Positions 34,291-35,358 of a DNA stretch of 35,358 nucleotides are shown piece by piece. The stretch lies in the NCBI GenBank assembly GCA_963997395.1, contig CAXEMW010000002.1, forward strand, positions 1-35,358. Direction: 5' to 3'. How positions within the stretch are numbered: the first letter of the stretch is position 1; each line of letters starts with the position of its first letter. This stretch comes from an uncultured Planctomycetaceae bacterium (lineage in GTDB: Bacteria; Planctomycetota; Planctomycetia; Pirellulales; UBA1268). A model generated the notes under the pieces. That model worked only from the letters and a program-made list of their open reading frames with translations. It made no database searches and was not told where the DNA came from. The position numbers and the translations under genes are program-made.

Positions 34291-35358
34291 TTATTTTGTT
34301 TTGGGCTTGCCCGTAGTTTTATTTTCATCTGACGTATGACCTGACGCCGCTGGAATTGCATGCGGTGACAACCAGTCAATTTGAGGCCAGTTCCGTAAGT
34401 CGGTCTTCAGGTGAGGCCCCGGTGTACTGCGTCCTTGCCTGACATATTCACCCGCGAGAGCAGTCAATTCACTGACGACGTCAGGACGTATCTCGATCAG
34501 ATTGGTTGTCTCGTCCGGATCAGTCCGCATGTTGTAGAGCTGGCGGTTCGCAGTGTCGAATGACCTCTGTTCAATCGTTCCGTTGTACCTGCTGCTGCGT
34601 TGCCCGGCTCCGTAACCGTTCCCTCCGGATCCCGCGTGCAACAGTAATTTCCAGTCACCGGTTCGAATCGCAAATCGACCGCTCGATGAGTGGTGAATTA
34701 TTGCATGAGCTTTTCGGTTGTCATCGCCTTTGCCTAGCATCAATGGAAGAATGGAAACACTATCGACCCCCTGATCTGTGGGAAGCTCGACAGACAGAAG
34801 TTCTGAAAATGTTGCCATCATGTCGACAAGACAGAAGGGTGTGTCGCACGTTGAGCCCGGCGCGATCACGCCTGGCCAGCGAGCAATGAATGGAACGCGG
34901 TGTCCGCCTTCCCAGTTGTCGCGTTTGGCTCCCAGGAAGTGAGAGGAGCTGTCGTGACCAAACTTACTCCGGCGTGGATACATGTTGGTCTCAGGTCCGT
35001 TGTCACTGGTCACAATCACCAGGGTGTTGTCTGTGAGTTTCAATCGATCCAACGCATTCATCACCCTTCCTATGTGATGATCCACTTCCACCATGAAATC
35101 GCCGTAGATATCCAATTTGCTTGTACCGACGAAGGCATCACCCGGCGCGTGAGGTGTGTGAGGTGCATTGAGCGGCATGTAAACGAAAAAGGGGCTTTGC
35201 TCGTTGCGTTGGATGAAGGAGATGACTTCGTCGGTCAAGGTCGGCATGACATGCTTATGCCGCCAGCCAGGAACCGCAGGTCCCTGCCGACCACCTTTGT
35301 CTTCTTCCTTCAAACTGGAAGTGGGTTGCTCGGTGACACGGTCATTTCGAATGAAAAC
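34291..35358 (-). CDS. Sulfatase (arylsulfatase family), C-terminal about 355 aa; the 5' end lies outside the window
   Basis: The frame is open to the window edge (VFIRNDRVTEQP...). Blocks present are FVYMPLNAPHTPHAP, VIVTSDNGPE and GAKRDNWEGGHRVPFIARWPG. The stop lies 16 nt before the next gene's start. Confidence 0.85.
   Translation of the reverse strand, partial: VFIRNDRVTEQPTSSLKEEDKGGRQGPAVPGWRHKHVMPTLTDEVISFIQRNEQSPFFVYMPLNAPHTPHAPGDAFVGTSKLDIYGDFMVEVDHHIGRVMNALDRLKLTDNTLVIVTSDNGPETNMYPRRSKFGHDSSSHFLGAKRDNWEGGHRVPFIARWPGVIAPGSTCDTPFCLVDMMATFSELLSVELPTDQGVDSVSILPLMLGKGDDNRKAHAIIHHSSSGRFAIRTGDWKLLLHAGSGGNGYGAGQRSSRYNGTIEQRSFDTANRQLYNMRTDPDETTNLIEIRPDVVSELTALAGEYVRQGRSTPGPHLKTDLRNWPQIDWLSPHAIPAASGHTSDENKTTGKPKTK

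Noticed and set aside
1-35358. Search for CRISPR arrays, rRNA/tRNA genes, transposases, integrases, IS inverted repeats and phage genes
   Set aside because: I found no regularly spaced repeats, no recognisable RNA gene structure, and no ORF with transposase, integrase or phage signatures. The window reads as chromosomal accessory and housekeeping DNA.

Overview
This is a chromosomal window, roughly 45-50% G+C by eye and richer at the right end. The gene content points to Planctomycetota: a DUF1559/H-X9-DG prepilin-like protein, a TIGR03067-type protein, a DUF1592/DUF1588-DUF1552 pair, Pirellula-type haem-binding domains and multiple sulfatases. I call 28 protein-coding features and no rRNA, tRNA, CRISPR array, transposase or integrase. 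The left end is housekeeping (lepB 3' part, lptB). It is followed by a short RecQ-like helicase, an LpxH-like phosphoesterase split by an in-frame TAA, a KS (FabF-like) paralogue whose active-site Cys reads Asp, and an SNase-type nuclease. The middle holds exported glycan-active enzymes: a GH10-like protein, an alginate-lyase-family protein, a GH29 fucosidase and an esterase. A same-strand run follows: methyltransferase, SMP-30 lactonase-like, S8 protease, ThuA-like, a repeat beta-propeller and DUF3500. The most interesting part is the minus-strand gene train at 23.6-35.4 kb: sulfatase, sulfatase::PQQ-like-propeller fusion, CarboxypepD_reg/beta-propeller/two-CxxCH protein, two-CxxCH DUF1592-family protein, Tat-signal DUF1552 (HxxSHH) protein and a GH-like orphan. 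Its genes are tightly packed, with two ATGA stop/start overlaps. Two neighbouring genes share a gap-free 64-aa module of unknown function. I propose this train as a candidate uncharacterised exported redox/desulfation system. All family assignments come from motif recognition by eye, and no searches were run.
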